From Candidatus Kapaibacterium sp. (GTDB lineage: Bacteria; Bacteroidota; Ignavibacteria; Kapaibacteriales; WFXC01): DNA of 64,000 bases. The notes beneath the pieces are model-generated. The model was not told where the DNA came from and did no database searches. It saw nothing but the letters and a program-made list of their open reading frames with translations. How positions within the stretch are numbered: position 1 is the stretch's first letter; each line of letters begins with the position of its first letter. Both the position numbers and the translations under genes were made by a program. Of the stretch, positions 19,047 to 29,014 are shown piece by piece. The stretch is from assembly GCA_027082775.1 (NCBI GenBank), contig JALWUI010000063.1, positions 4,975 through 68,974 on the forward strand, read 5' to 3'.

Positions 19047-21277
19047 GTGCTGCGAAAATCTGGTATCGCTGGCAGTTTGCAGATTCCCTGCGGGATACGA
19101 TCGATTTTGGTCAGGTATCGGAAGGAGAGCAACGAATCCGGGCTTTTACCATTCGGAATCTGGGGAATGTCCGCCTGACGATCCCGGAAAAAGTGGTGCC
19201 GTATTACGAAGTGGTGGACATTATCCCCGGCTCCAAAGATGAGTTTGTGGAATTGTTTCAGTTAGGCTGCGATACCTGTTTTATCGATACCCTGACGCCG
19301 TATTACGATAAGCAGTTCGCTTTTCTGTACGACGGAACGCTGACGTTCCCGATTGGCAAAAAGGCGGTGCGATTACGCCTGAGCGTGCGACAGCAGGATG
19401 ATATTAGTAAGATAGTCGCCCAAAAAGAGTTTGTGCTGATCGCCGAAAAAATTCCCGTGCGGCTCAGCGTTGCTCCAGCGGAGCAGGATTTTGACTCCGT
19501 ATACATCCATCGAACCTCGCCACCGAAGCTGCTGCGGTTGATGAATATTTCGAAGCAGCACGCCATCTGGATTGATACGATTCTGTTTATCGGTGGAAGT
19601 GTTGCCGGCGAGTTTCGGATTGCCAGTGGCGATTATCAAATTCAACTGGCACCGGAGGATTCGCTCGGATTGCCCGTGGTCTACCAGCCAGCAGATCGAG
19701 GGTGGGACACAGTGCGGTTGATTGTCCGCTACCATTCGGTGATCAACGGAAACCGCCGGGATGATTCGGTAACGGCGATCCTGCGAGGAATTGGGGTGGA
19801 ACAGCGGTTGCTGCTGGAAGCAGCCGTTAGCGGCGGCATTCCCCCGGAACCCTTCGAGGTACGGCGAGGGTTAGCCGTTGATACGATTGACGTAGGAGCG
19901 GTGCGGGTTGGCAGAAGTCAGAGTATTCTGGCATTTGTTCGCAATCTGGGCAATCTTGTCGTCCATCCTGCTCAGACCTTTTTCTATGTGCTGGAAGAGC
20001 TGACACCCAATGCCCTGCTTCACTATCAGGTGGTCTCGCCGCACGATTCGAGCCTGGCGATTGGGCAGCGCGATACAGTGCATTTGCTGTTTCAACCGAA
20101 AAGTCCAGGGCAGCACGCTGTACGCTATGTGCTTTCCAGCAATGTTCCTGATCGCATTGGAACAGCACCCGATTCAATTCGCCAGTGGAGTTTTGTAGTG
20201 GTAGGGCGGGGAATTCGCCCTGAAGTTATGTGGAGTCAGCAGGCAGTGGATTTCGGTGATGTTGTTGTTCTGCAAAACTGTCCTGATGGGATTGTGGAGC
20301 GCTCGGTCCGGCTGACCAACGCTGGAGATGCTCCGGTTCTCATTGTTGCTGCAGTCATTGTGCCCAATTCAGGCGTCTTCACTTTGCAGGGAATGTACGT
20401 TGGAAAGACGGTCGAACCGGGAGAGTACCTTGATTTCCCGATCCGGTTTGCGCCTCCGTCGGTTGGAACGTTTACCGCAGAGCTGGTGGTACATACCGAC
20501 GAAGCGTTTCCGTACAAAGAATACCGCATTCAACTGGAAGGGCGGGGCATTGCACCGCCTGTTGTCCCAATGCAGTTGCCAGCATTGATCCGCGTTCGCC
20601 CCGGACGACCCATAGCGCTGCCCATACGGTGGGCGACGCAGTCCTATGGCGACTTGCTGCTGCAAATTGATACGGTCGAATTTGCTTTGCGCTACAATAA
20701 AACCCTGCTGGAGTATCAGCGGTTTGAAGTTTTAGGCACCGCAGCAGAAAATGCAACGGTCGATGCACAGCAGACCCGGCTTCCCGGTGATCCCCAGGCA
20801 GTACTTGCTGTCCGGATTGCACAGCCAGATCCGCTGTTGTTGCGAGACACCCTGATCGTGCTGTGGTTCGATACCTTTTTGGGAACGCAGGCGTCGACAG
20901 AAGTGACACTCAATGACACGCGGGTTGTCGTGGATGAATGTGAAGGGGTTGTGGAGTTGCTGGCAGAAGGAGGCGCGGTGACCTTGGACTCACTCTGTGG
21001 ACTGGAGCAAAAGCTGGCACCGGTCGGGGCTTACCGTTTTCGGCTGCAAGCGGGACAGCATAATGGCACGTGGTCGGTCGAGTATGAAATTCCGTTCGAT
21101 ATTACGGTACAACTCGAACTCTTTACGCTCAATGGCATCAGGGTGTGGGAGTATCGCCAGTGGCATTCGTGGGCAGGACGGTATGTGGTTCCACTGCCAT
21201 CGGTGCCGCCGGGTGTGTACCTGTGTCAAATGAAAGCGGGAATTTTTTCTAAGACAGTGCTGCTGTGGAGGAGATAG
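18971..21277 (+). CDS. Large secreted protein with T9SS C-terminal sorting-domain-like tail
   Basis: Repeated DFGxV...I.N.G motifs and a C-terminus (VPPGVYLCQMKAGIFSKTVLLWRR) resembling the T9SS C-terminal domain (CTD). The start is GTG. Confidence 0.5.
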   Translation: MRDTLRIAATNTSPYSVVLRGRGLLSAAKIWYRWQFADSLRDTIDFGQVSEGEQRIRAFTIRNLGNVRLTIPEKVVPYYEVVDIIPGSKDEFVELFQLGCDTCFIDTLTPYYDKQFAFLYDGTLTFPIGKKAVRLRLSVRQQDDISKIVAQKEFVLIAEKIPVRLSVAPAEQDFDSVYIHRTSPPKLLRLMNISKQHAIWIDTILFIGGSVAGEFRIASGDYQIQLAPEDSLGLPVVYQPADRGWDTVRLIVRYHSVINGNRRDDSVTAILRGIGVEQRLLLEAAVSGGIPPEPFEVRRGLAVDTIDVGAVRVGRSQSILAFVRNLGNLVVHPAQTFFYVLEELTPNALLHYQVVSPHDSSLAIGQRDTVHLLFQPKSPGQHAVRYVLSSNVPDRIGTAPDSIRQWSFVVVGRGIRPEVMWSQQAVDFGDVVVLQNCPDGIVERSVRLTNAGDAPVLIVAAVIVPNSGVFTLQGMYVGKTVEPGEYLDFPIRFAPPSVGTFTAELVVHTDEAFPYKEYRIQLEGRGIAPPVVPMQLPALIRVRPGRPIALPIRWATQSYGDLLLQIDTVEFALRYNKTLLEYQRFEVLGTAAENATVDAQQTRLPGDPQAVLAVRIAQPDPLLLRDTLIVLWFDTFLGTQASTEVTLNDTRVVVDECEGVVELLAEGGAVTLDSLCGLEQKLAPVGAYRFRLQAGQHNGTWSVEYEIPFDITVQLELFTLNGIRVWEYRQWHSWAGRYVVPLPSVPPGVYLCQMKAGIFSKTVLLWRR

Positions 21278-21285
21278 GAGCGGTG

Positions 21286-22053
21286 ATGCGCATTGTTGGA
21301 GTAGTCTTTTTGCTGCTGGCTGCTATGAGCATCGCTCGTGCACAGGGATTTCAATGGACGCCTTCGGTGCGCCTGCCCTTTGAACATCCTCGGCTGTACG
21401 TGGGAATAGAGGGAGGAGCAGCTTTCGAATATCACTGGGGAGAGCTCCGAAATATGGAGGGATGGACATTGTGCGGCGTCTACCGGTCGGCGTATGGACA
21501 GCGGTGGAGTGTGGGAGCAGGCGCAGAGTACTGGGTTCGCCCTGATCGTACCATTGGCGGCATCTTCCGCTGGGTCCGTCGCCAGATTCGATTTACCCAT
21601 CGAACCGATCCAATTCCGCAGAAAGATTCCCTGGGTAATACGTTGCCGCCATTGGTCACAGAGTATGAGTTTGTCCCGATCGTGCAGCAACTGCAAATAG
21701 GGGCGCGAGTGAAACAGCGGCTGTTGATGCCCTATGCTTTTGTCACAGCAGAAGTGATGACCAGTGTGTTGCTGTCGTACGAAGCCACCCAAACAGAGCG
21801 TATCGTCAGCCCACCGGAGCGCCGCTTTGCCGATGGTTCCTTTGAACGAACGGTTGTCGCAACACCCGTTGCCCAACTTGCCACTTTGAACGTCGAGGCT
21901 GCCATTGGCGTCGGTGCCGACATTCCACTGATCTACGGCGTTTACGCCAGCCCTTCCGTACGACTTGCGATGCCATTCTTTCCAATAGAGCGGCAAAGTC
22001 TGTGGCGAGCTCTCAGCGTAAGCGCTACGATCGCAGTGTATGTTGGATTGTAG
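21286..22053 (+). CDS. Hypothetical outer-membrane beta-barrel-like protein
   Basis: Signal peptide MRIVGVVFLLLAAMSIARAQ; aromatic-rich C-terminal strand. Confidence 0.4.
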   Translation: MRIVGVVFLLLAAMSIARAQGFQWTPSVRLPFEHPRLYVGIEGGAAFEYHWGELRNMEGWTLCGVYRSAYGQRWSVGAGAEYWVRPDRTIGGIFRWVRRQIRFTHRTDPIPQKDSLGNTLPPLVTEYEFVPIVQQLQIGARVKQRLLMPYAFVTAEVMTSVLLSYEATQTERIVSPPERRFADGSFERTVVATPVAQLATLNVEAAIGVGADIPLIYGVYASPSVRLAMPFFPIERQSLWRALSVSATIAVYVGL

Positions 22054-22132
22054 CGCAATGCAGCAAAGAGCCGTTCGTCAATGCAAAACCTGTTGTGGTT
22101 TTTTGTTCACAAAAAATGGAGGGGTGAGTCCA

Positions 22133-22858
22133 ATGCAACGGAGTTTTCTCAGCCTGTTCGTTGCTTTCCTGACCGTTGCCAGCGCATTCGCACAGCCGAA
22201 ACTGGAAATCGTTGGCGGACCCGTAGTGAACTGGGGCACTGTGAACTCAAAGCAGTCGCCATTGAAAGCTAAAGTGAAAATTGTGAACACCGGCAACGAA
22301 GAACTGAAGATTTCCAAAGTTCGTCCCTCGTGTGGCTGTACCGCGACGTTGCTGGACAAAGACCTGCTCAAACCGGGAGATACGGCAACGATTGACGTGT
22401 CGTTGAATATCCGGGGACGTTCTGGCAGTGTGACCAAGACGGTGACGATTAGCAGCAATGATCCGAAACAACCACGGAAGGTGCTGTATCTGAAGGCAGT
22501 GGTGCGGGATCCTGTGACCATTTCTCCGCGATATTTTGCCTTCGGCAGTATGGAGGTGGGTAAACCGGCACGGGCACAGGTGAAAGTGCAGAACAACACG
22601 AAGGAAGACATTACTCTTTCCGATTTTAAAGCCAGCAACGGTTTGCAACTCAATGTCAAGGATCCAATGACCCTGAAAGCAGGGGCTTCTGCAATTCTGG
22701 TCGTCAAAGTGACGCCAACGAAGCCGGGACCCTTTACAGGGGTGGTAACATTCAAGACCTCCCATCCGGATTTTTCCAGCTTCCAGGTGATGGCGTATGG
22801 CAATGTGAAAAAGCCAGAGCAGTCGAAAGTCTTTGAAAAACCCAGCAGCAAGAAATAG
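22133..22858 (+). CDS. DUF1573 domain protein (two Ig-like domains), secreted
   Basis: Signal peptide; PSCGCT motif plus a second beta-sandwich unit. Confidence 0.75.
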   Translation: MQRSFLSLFVAFLTVASAFAQPKLEIVGGPVVNWGTVNSKQSPLKAKVKIVNTGNEELKISKVRPSCGCTATLLDKDLLKPGDTATIDVSLNIRGRSGSVTKTVTISSNDPKQPRKVLYLKAVVRDPVTISPRYFAFGSMEVGKPARAQVKVQNNTKEDITLSDFKASNGLQLNVKDPMTLKAGASAILVVKVTPTKPGPFTGVVTFKTSHPDFSSFQVMAYGNVKKPEQSKVFEKPSSKK

Positions 22859-22892
22859 CCACTTCAATAAAAATTTTTTGAGCTGGCTTGGA

Positions 22893-22921
22893 ACCCGCCC
22901 TTGTGGCGGGTTTTGTGTTTT
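22893..22921 (+). terminator. Rho-independent terminator
   Basis: CCCGCCC-TTGT-GGCGGG hairpin followed by TTTTGTGTTTTT, between two convergent genes. Confidence 0.5.
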
Positions 22922-23154
22922 TGCAGGGAAGTGTTGCAGCAAACAGGTGTGGAAACAGGAACTTCCATTGGTAAGCTGACCGGTTCCGCAGTAGTACCGT
23001 GCTCTTAGGTTGCCCTTTCCGCAGATGGACGCAGCGGCGGGCAGCTCTGAAACCAACAGCAAGAAACGAGAGGGAGTACCACAATGTCCTGAGCGATAGC
23101 GCTGGGAGATGCCGCTCAAAACTGACAATCCGATCGTTATCCGAAGAAGGCGGC

Positions 23155-24366
23155 TCATTCAGCGGGAGACTGGAGGCAGCGGAAGAGGAAAAATTTCAGA
23201 TATTTTGTCTGGGGCATTGCTGGCAAAATGGGATGATCAGGTGATTGCTGTCCCCGGTAGAGAAGTTGCAAAAAGCGACCTGCCCGAAGCGCTTCTTCCT
23301 GAACGATGCGGAGAAAGCGCTCTTCATCAATGTGGTACGAACAACTGCTGGTTGCCAGAATGCCATCCGGAGCCAGTACCCGGAAAGCTAAGCGATGCAG
23401 GCGAGCATAACCGCGGATTGCTGCAGGAATTTGTTCCTTGCTTTTGGTAAAAGCTGGAGGATCTAAGATGATCAGGTCCCACTGTCGCCCTGCTCGTTTC
23501 GCTTCCAGGAGGAAATCAAAAACGTCATCGCAAACAAACTCGACCGCCTGCTTTGAAAATCCGTTGAGTTCGAAATTGCGCTGCGCAATAGCTAACGCCG
23601 GAGCAGAGCTATCAACTGCCGTAATACTCCGGGCACCGGCTGCTGCCGCATTGAGAGCAAATCCTCCTTGATTGCTAAAGCAATCCAGAACCGCACGATC
23701 CCGTGCGAATTTCTGTATCCACCGCCGATTGGTTTTCTGATCCAGAAAAAATCCCGTTTTTTGACCGGATGCGATATTGATGCAAAAGCGGAGATTGTTT
23801 TCCAGACATATGATTTCTTCGGGAATGCTGCCCCAGAGCGTTTCTTCGTACTGGGGAAGTCCTTCCTTTTGCCGCAGGACTGAATCATTTTTTGCATAGA
23901 TTCCCCGCAAATCTGGCAGAACCTGCAGCAATGCTTCTTGAATTTCGGCAGATAACCGCTCCAGACCGTAAGCTAACATCTGGATCGCTGCGTAGCGGTC
24001 GAAAATATCAACGACCAGTCCGGGGAGGAAATCAGATTCGCTGAAAACCAATCGATACATCGTGTTCTGCTGGAAATCGATCAACTGCTGCCGCAGCAGA
24101 TAGGCATTGCGGATACGGTCGGCGAAAAAATCAGCAGTGATTGGTGCAGTGTGGGTGAGCAAAAGCCGGATGCGGATTTTGCTGTGGGGATTGTAGAAAG
24201 CAAGCCCTAAGTCTTTGCCCGCATAATTCCGGACTCGTACAATATCGCCGGGCTGCGGATCTCCTTCGACTGCTTCGACTTCATTGTCGTATGCCCACAG
24301 TTGCCCTTTTCGGATGAAGCGCTCAAAGTGTGGCTTGAGCGTCACGACTGCATAGTCCAGCGCCAT
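23155..24366 (-). CDS. Class I SAM-dependent rRNA methyltransferase (RlmI/RlmK-like, PUA + methyltransferase)
   Basis: PUA-like N-terminus; AdoMet motif VLDCFSNQGGFAL; motif ILDPPAF. Confidence 0.8.
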   Translation of the reverse strand: MALDYAVVTLKPHFERFIRKGQLWAYDNEVEAVEGDPQPGDIVRVRNYAGKDLGLAFYNPHSKIRIRLLLTHTAPITADFFADRIRNAYLLRQQLIDFQQNTMYRLVFSESDFLPGLVVDIFDRYAAIQMLAYGLERLSAEIQEALLQVLPDLRGIYAKNDSVLRQKEGLPQYEETLWGSIPEEIICLENNLRFCINIASGQKTGFFLDQKTNRRWIQKFARDRAVLDCFSNQGGFALNAAAAGARSITAVDSSAPALAIAQRNFELNGFSKQAVEFVCDDVFDFLLEAKRAGRQWDLIILDPPAFTKSKEQIPAAIRGYARLHRLAFRVLAPDGILATSSCSYHIDEERFLRIVQEEALRAGRFLQLLYRGQQSPDHPILPAMPQTKYLKFFLFRCLQSPAE

Positions 24367-24543
24367 CGATGACAGCTTTTTCACCGCTTTGTTATGTCCT
24401 AATTGCCCTACAAACCGCAAATTTGCAAATTCTGAAGCGACTGGCGATCAGCTTACGGCAAACAGCGGGAGAATAACGGCAAAATGATGGGCGATCCACA
24501 GCCGCAGACGATGCAGGATATGGGACCGGGAGCAACGCAAAAG

Positions 24544-26247
24544 ATGCGATCGGTGAAAGTAAGAGTGCTTCTGCTGGCGCTTGCGCTGGCACTGGGAGCA
24601 TGCCAATCGGAAGCGCCGAAGGCAATTCGGGAAGGAGGATTTTTTTACAATGAACCGGATGGATTGAATACGCTGGATCCGGCTCGGATGGGATATCGAG
24701 CAGCGATCTGGGTGGGGACCCAGCTTTTCAACGGATTGGTGGAACTGGATACCTCTGGCGCCATTGTGCCTTCTCTTGCTCGCCGGTGGACGGTGGATTC
24801 GACTGGAACGCGATGGACCTTTGTACTTCGAGACGATGTCTGGTTTCACGAAGATTCCTGCTTTGGAGCCCGGCGAACCCGGCGGGTCGTGGCTTCGGAT
24901 GTAAAGTTCTCCTTTGAACGTATTTGCGATGCCCGGACAAAGTCCACGGGAGTATGGGTGCTGCGGGATAAGATTGCTGGCGCTGCGGCATTTTTCGAAG
25001 CAACGGCGGCGGGGAAAGAAACACCGAAAGGAATCTCCGGCATTCGAGTGCTCAATGATTCTACCGTTGAGATTCAACTGGTCAAGCCGTTTGCTCCGTT
25101 TCTGGCGCTGCTGACTATGCCCTATTGCTTCATTGTTCCACGGGAAGCGGTGGAATTCTATGGCGAACGTTTTTTTCAGCATCCTGTGGGAACGGGACCG
25201 TTTCGATTCGGAAGATGGCGTGAAGATGTGGAACTGGTGCTCTATCGGAACGATCGGTATTTTGAGCGAGATGGGCAGGGACGCCAGTTGCCCTACCTGG
25301 ATTCCATCGTGGTCACTTTCTTGAAGGATACCAAATCAGAGTTTCTGTTGTTCCAGCAGGGAAAATTGGATTTTCTGAGTGCGATTGATCCGGCATTTCA
25401 GCCGCAGTTGTTTGATGAAAATGGGCATCTTCGGGCGGAATATCGACACTGGCAATTGTATCAGGCGCCAGCATACTCGATTGAGTACTACGGTTTTTTG
25501 CTGGATACGACGTTCGCTGCTGCCCGACGTCTTTCCTTTGCTCGTTCTCGCGCCCTGCGGCAGGCGCTGAACTATGCCGTGGACCGCGAAGCGCTGGTTC
25601 GCTATGTACTGCGGGGCAAAGGTATACCGGCACACTTCGGCATTCTACCACCGGGTTTCCCCGGCTTTGATTCGACCGTGCAGGGGTACCGATACAATCC
25701 GCAACGAGTACGACAGTTGTTAGCCGAAGCTGGATTCCCGGATGGCAAAGGCTTGCCGGAATTTACCCTGCAGTTAGGGCAGAGTGAGCGGACGATGGCA
25801 GTAGCGGAAGCGGTGCAGGAACAGTGGCGAAAATTTGGCATCCGGGTCAAACTCCGGCAGGTAGATTTTCCACAGCATCTGGAAATGGTGCGAACCGGTA
25901 AGTTAGCCTTCTGGCGGACCAGTTGGATCGCCGACTACCCGGATCCGGAAAATTTCTTAGCGCTTTTCTATTCGCCATTCTTTGCCCCGTACGGACCGAA
26001 CACCACTCATTTTGCTCATCCGGTGGTTGATTCGCTGTACGAGCGGGCACTGTCGCCGTTGTTGTCGCCCCAGCAGCGATTCCAGATATACCATCAGATG
26101 GAGAAAATCGTCTTAGCGGAAGCACCGTGGGTATTTTTGTACTATAACGTGATTCAGCGGCTGGCACAGCCGTGGATTCGGGGCTTTTTTGTTGATGGCA
26201 GCGATCGGTTGCTGCTGAAGTACGTGTGGAAACAGCAGGGGCAATAA
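24544..26247 (+). CDS. ABC transporter substrate-binding lipoprotein (family 5, peptide/nickel, OppA/DppA-like)
   Basis: Lipoprotein signal LLLALALALGAC; SBP-family-5 length and conserved blocks. Confidence 0.8.
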   Translation: MRSVKVRVLLLALALALGACQSEAPKAIREGGFFYNEPDGLNTLDPARMGYRAAIWVGTQLFNGLVELDTSGAIVPSLARRWTVDSTGTRWTFVLRDDVWFHEDSCFGARRTRRVVASDVKFSFERICDARTKSTGVWVLRDKIAGAAAFFEATAAGKETPKGISGIRVLNDSTVEIQLVKPFAPFLALLTMPYCFIVPREAVEFYGERFFQHPVGTGPFRFGRWREDVELVLYRNDRYFERDGQGRQLPYLDSIVVTFLKDTKSEFLLFQQGKLDFLSAIDPAFQPQLFDENGHLRAEYRHWQLYQAPAYSIEYYGFLLDTTFAAARRLSFARSRALRQALNYAVDREALVRYVLRGKGIPAHFGILPPGFPGFDSTVQGYRYNPQRVRQLLAEAGFPDGKGLPEFTLQLGQSERTMAVAEAVQEQWRKFGIRVKLRQVDFPQHLEMVRTGKLAFWRTSWIADYPDPENFLALFYSPFFAPYGPNTTHFAHPVVDSLYERALSPLLSPQQRFQIYHQMEKIVLAEAPWVFLYYNVIQRLAQPWIRGFFVDGSDRLLLKYVWKQQGQ

Positions 26248-26260
26248 AAGAGGGCATGGG

Positions 26261-27115
26261 ATGCGGCTTGTGGGTACGGCGTTTTTACTGCTTTCCTTGA
26301 TCGCTTTTTTTCCTCCTTCCGGATGGAGCGTGCCGCCGGTCAAGCACAAGGCGGTATCGAAGCAGAAAAAGAAGCATAAACATCAATTGCGGCGGTACCG
26401 GCGGCGATCGAATACCCGGAAAGGGAAGCAGCAGGCAATGATGTTTTTGCAGGCTTACGAAGATCTGGCAAAGCTGGCAGGATTGCCGTATAAGCCGCCG
26501 GCAGATCAGCAGCAACTGCAACAAATGGTGAATGAAGATGGCGAGGTGCTGACCGATACCGAAGCAGTGGCAATGCTGCCAGAAACCGATACGCTTTCCT
26601 GGAATCCGGCTGATTACGATATCACCGCTTTTCGAGAACAATGGGATGCGTACATTGCCCAATTTGAGGACGAAGAAGTGACCGAAGCCGGAGTTGAGAA
26701 AAAAGCTATTCTGCATTCGATTCTGGAATGGATTGGAACTCCCTATCGGTACGGCGGTACCACGCGTCGCGGGATCGATTGCTCCGCTCTGGTACAACAC
26801 GTTTATCGGCAGGCAGCCGATGTCCAGTTACCCAGAACTGCGCGGTATCAGTATTTGCTGGGACAACCGATTGAGGATATCGATGATCTTCGCTTTGGGG
26901 ACTTAGTCTTCTTCCACACCCGCCGCTCCGTCTATGTTTCACACGTTGGGATCTATTTAGGACACAGGCTGTTCGCCCACGCCAGCTCTCGCTACGGAGT
27001 GACCGTCTCTTCGCTGGAAAGTCCCTACTACCGCAAGCGGTTCATTGGAGGGCGGCGATTGCGCGTCGACGATCTGTTTAATTTGCAGGCAGTAACCGCC
27101 GGACAAACCCAGTAA
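26261..27115 (+). CDS. NlpC/P60 (C40) family peptidase
   Basis: Catalytic Cys context GIDCSALV, conserved His in HVGIYLG, signal peptide. Confidence 0.8.
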   Translation: MRLVGTAFLLLSLIAFFPPSGWSVPPVKHKAVSKQKKKHKHQLRRYRRRSNTRKGKQQAMMFLQAYEDLAKLAGLPYKPPADQQQLQQMVNEDGEVLTDTEAVAMLPETDTLSWNPADYDITAFREQWDAYIAQFEDEEVTEAGVEKKAILHSILEWIGTPYRYGGTTRRGIDCSALVQHVYRQAADVQLPRTARYQYLLGQPIEDIDDLRFGDLVFFHTRRSVYVSHVGIYLGHRLFAHASSRYGVTVSSLESPYYRKRFIGGRRLRVDDLFNLQAVTAGQTQ

Positions 27116-27254
27116 CGCCCGCTCTTTAGATTGCGATATCCGAACACTTCACTCCCCAATATACGGTAAAAAAAGCATAGTTGCAAACGGTGAGCATCTT
27201 GGTCTTGCTGTATATTTGCAAATCGGGAAGTTTCGTAGGGTAACGTGCTCGAAA

Positions 27255-28418
27255 ATGCTGAAGTCGAAGAAAGAAGAAAACGTGTTTTTGACGGTTGGTA
27301 TTCTGGGTGGTGGGCAACTGGCAAAAATGCTGGCAGCGGCAGCGCAGAAACTGGGGTTCCGAGTCCATATCTTTGAGCGTTTTTCCGATTCGCCTGCATC
27401 GCGCAGTTGCGATCGGGAATTTGTCGGATCGTGGCGGTCGTGGGAAGTGTTACGGAATTTTGCCCATAGCTGCGATGTGATCACGATTGAAAGTGAATTT
27501 GTGCCAGCCAGTACCCTCCATTGGCTCCATTCCATTACGCCGGTGTATCCAGATCCTGTGTCGCTCCAGCGATTGCAGGATAAGTATGAGCAAAAAAGCG
27601 TTGCGCAGCAGGCGGGCTTTGCCGTTGCCCCATACCGTGCCGTTGAAAGTGAAGCTGACGTTCAGGCATTTGCTGAGCAGTATGGTTATCCGGTAGTGCT
27701 CAAAACCCGATCCCTCGGGTACGATGGTTACGGGAACCGGGTGGTGCATCAGTCGTCGGACATCAAAAGTGCTTTGCGAGCATTGCAGCAGCGGGAGGAA
27801 AATGCTGGCATTTTTGTCGAAGCTTTCGTGAATTTTCAGAAGGAGCTGGCGCTGGTCTATACTCGCGATGCTGCGGGGCACGTCCGCTTTTATCCGCTGG
27901 TGGAAACTGTTCAGCAGGATGGAATTTGTCACAAAGTCTTTGCGCCAGCAGTAGTGGATGCTGACGTGGAGGAACAGGTACAACAACGGGCGGCACGATT
28001 AGCTGATGCTTTGCGAGTTGTTGGAACGATGGCAATTGAATTGTTTCTGGTCGATGAAACAACAGTGTTGTTCAACGAAATAGCCCCGCGAGTTCATAAT
28101 TCCGGCCATTTTACGATCGAAGCGTGTTTCACCAGTCAGTTTGAAAATCACATTCGAGCAATTACCGGATTGCCGCTGGGTGCAACGGAAATGATCGTGC
28201 CGGCAGCAGCAATGATCAACATCCTGGGTACCCGGGAAGGCGAGCCTTTTCTTCAGAATCCAGCCGCTTTGCTGGAGCTGGACAAAATTTCTGTGCATTT
28301 TTATAGCAAGGAACAGGTGCGTCCACGGCGGAAAATGGGCCATGTAACAACTGTTGGTGAAACCCGTCAAGAAGTCATCGATCGAATTGAGCAGGTAGCA
28401 AAGGTGTTGCAATGGTAA
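27255..28418 (+). CDS. purK: N5-carboxyaminoimidazole ribonucleotide synthase
   Basis: ATP-grasp enzyme with GILGGGQLAKM N-terminus and a PurK-like C-terminus (RKMGHV). Confidence 0.8.
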   Translation: MLKSKKEENVFLTVGILGGGQLAKMLAAAAQKLGFRVHIFERFSDSPASRSCDREFVGSWRSWEVLRNFAHSCDVITIESEFVPASTLHWLHSITPVYPDPVSLQRLQDKYEQKSVAQQAGFAVAPYRAVESEADVQAFAEQYGYPVVLKTRSLGYDGYGNRVVHQSSDIKSALRALQQREENAGIFVEAFVNFQKELALVYTRDAAGHVRFYPLVETVQQDGICHKVFAPAVVDADVEEQVQQRAARLADALRVVGTMAIELFLVDETTVLFNEIAPRVHNSGHFTIEACFTSQFENHIRAITGLPLGATEMIVPAAAMINILGTREGEPFLQNPAALLELDKISVHFYSKEQVRPRRKMGHVTTVGETRQEVIDRIEQVAKVLQW

Positions 28419-29008
28419 AAGATCCCTTGCAGTGGGTGATGGAGGCGTTGCAGCCGCAGCGGCTTCTGGAGGGAGACTGGATACAACGTCAGGTGTACGA
28501 AGCGCTGGAACGGATGCAATTGCTTTCCGTGCTGGCACCATTCGAACCCATAGTGACGGGAACATATCCGCTGGGCATCCACATTGCCGGGAGCGATCTG
28601 GACGTGAGCTGCTACCTGCCACTCAGTGGTGAGCTGGAGCAGGTGCTCCTGCGCCATTTTTCAGGTTATCCGCAGTTTCGGATGCTGCATCAGGAACGGG
28701 AAGGCATTCCAACCCTTATTGCCCGGTGGTACTGGGGAATGCTGCCGGTAGAGGTTTTTGCTCAGCCGATCCCGCCGCTGGAGCAAAGGGCAGTCCGCCA
28801 TTTGTTGATCGAACAATTTTTGCTGGAGCAATTTCCGGCGCTGCGGCCAGAAGTCCGAAAACTCAAGCAGCAGGGGCTCAACACGGAAGCTGCATTCGTG
28901 CACGCCCTGGGTATCGAAGCTGAGCCTTTTTCTTTCCTCTACGACCTTTCTTTTCAGCCAGTGGAACGGATTCTGGAAATCGTTGCAGCCCGGCAAAGAG
29001 CTGAATGA
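28412..29008 (+). CDS. Nucleotidyltransferase-fold/DUF4269-like protein
   Basis: Motif GS..DLDV consistent with a minimal nucleotidyltransferase fold. Translationally coupled to purK (ATGGTAA overlap). Confidence 0.4.
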   Translation: MVKDPLQWVMEALQPQRLLEGDWIQRQVYEALERMQLLSVLAPFEPIVTGTYPLGIHIAGSDLDVSCYLPLSGELEQVLLRHFSGYPQFRMLHQEREGIPTLIARWYWGMLPVEVFAQPIPPLEQRAVRHLLIEQFLLEQFPALRPEVRKLKQQGLNTEAAFVHALGIEAEPFSFLYDLSFQPVERILEIVAARQRAE

Positions 29009-29014
29009 CGGCTG

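Noticed and set aside
22078-23158. Long antisense ORFs (22078-22851, 22247-23158) opposite the DUF1573 gene, and similar antisense ORFs inside the large secreted-protein genes (30933-31736, 31782-32315, 32853-33764, 2789-3385, 24448-25182, 63340-63996).
   Set aside because: They lie in GC-rich coding DNA whose sense strand has clear domain content. The antisense translations are low-complexity, with no motifs or signal peptides.
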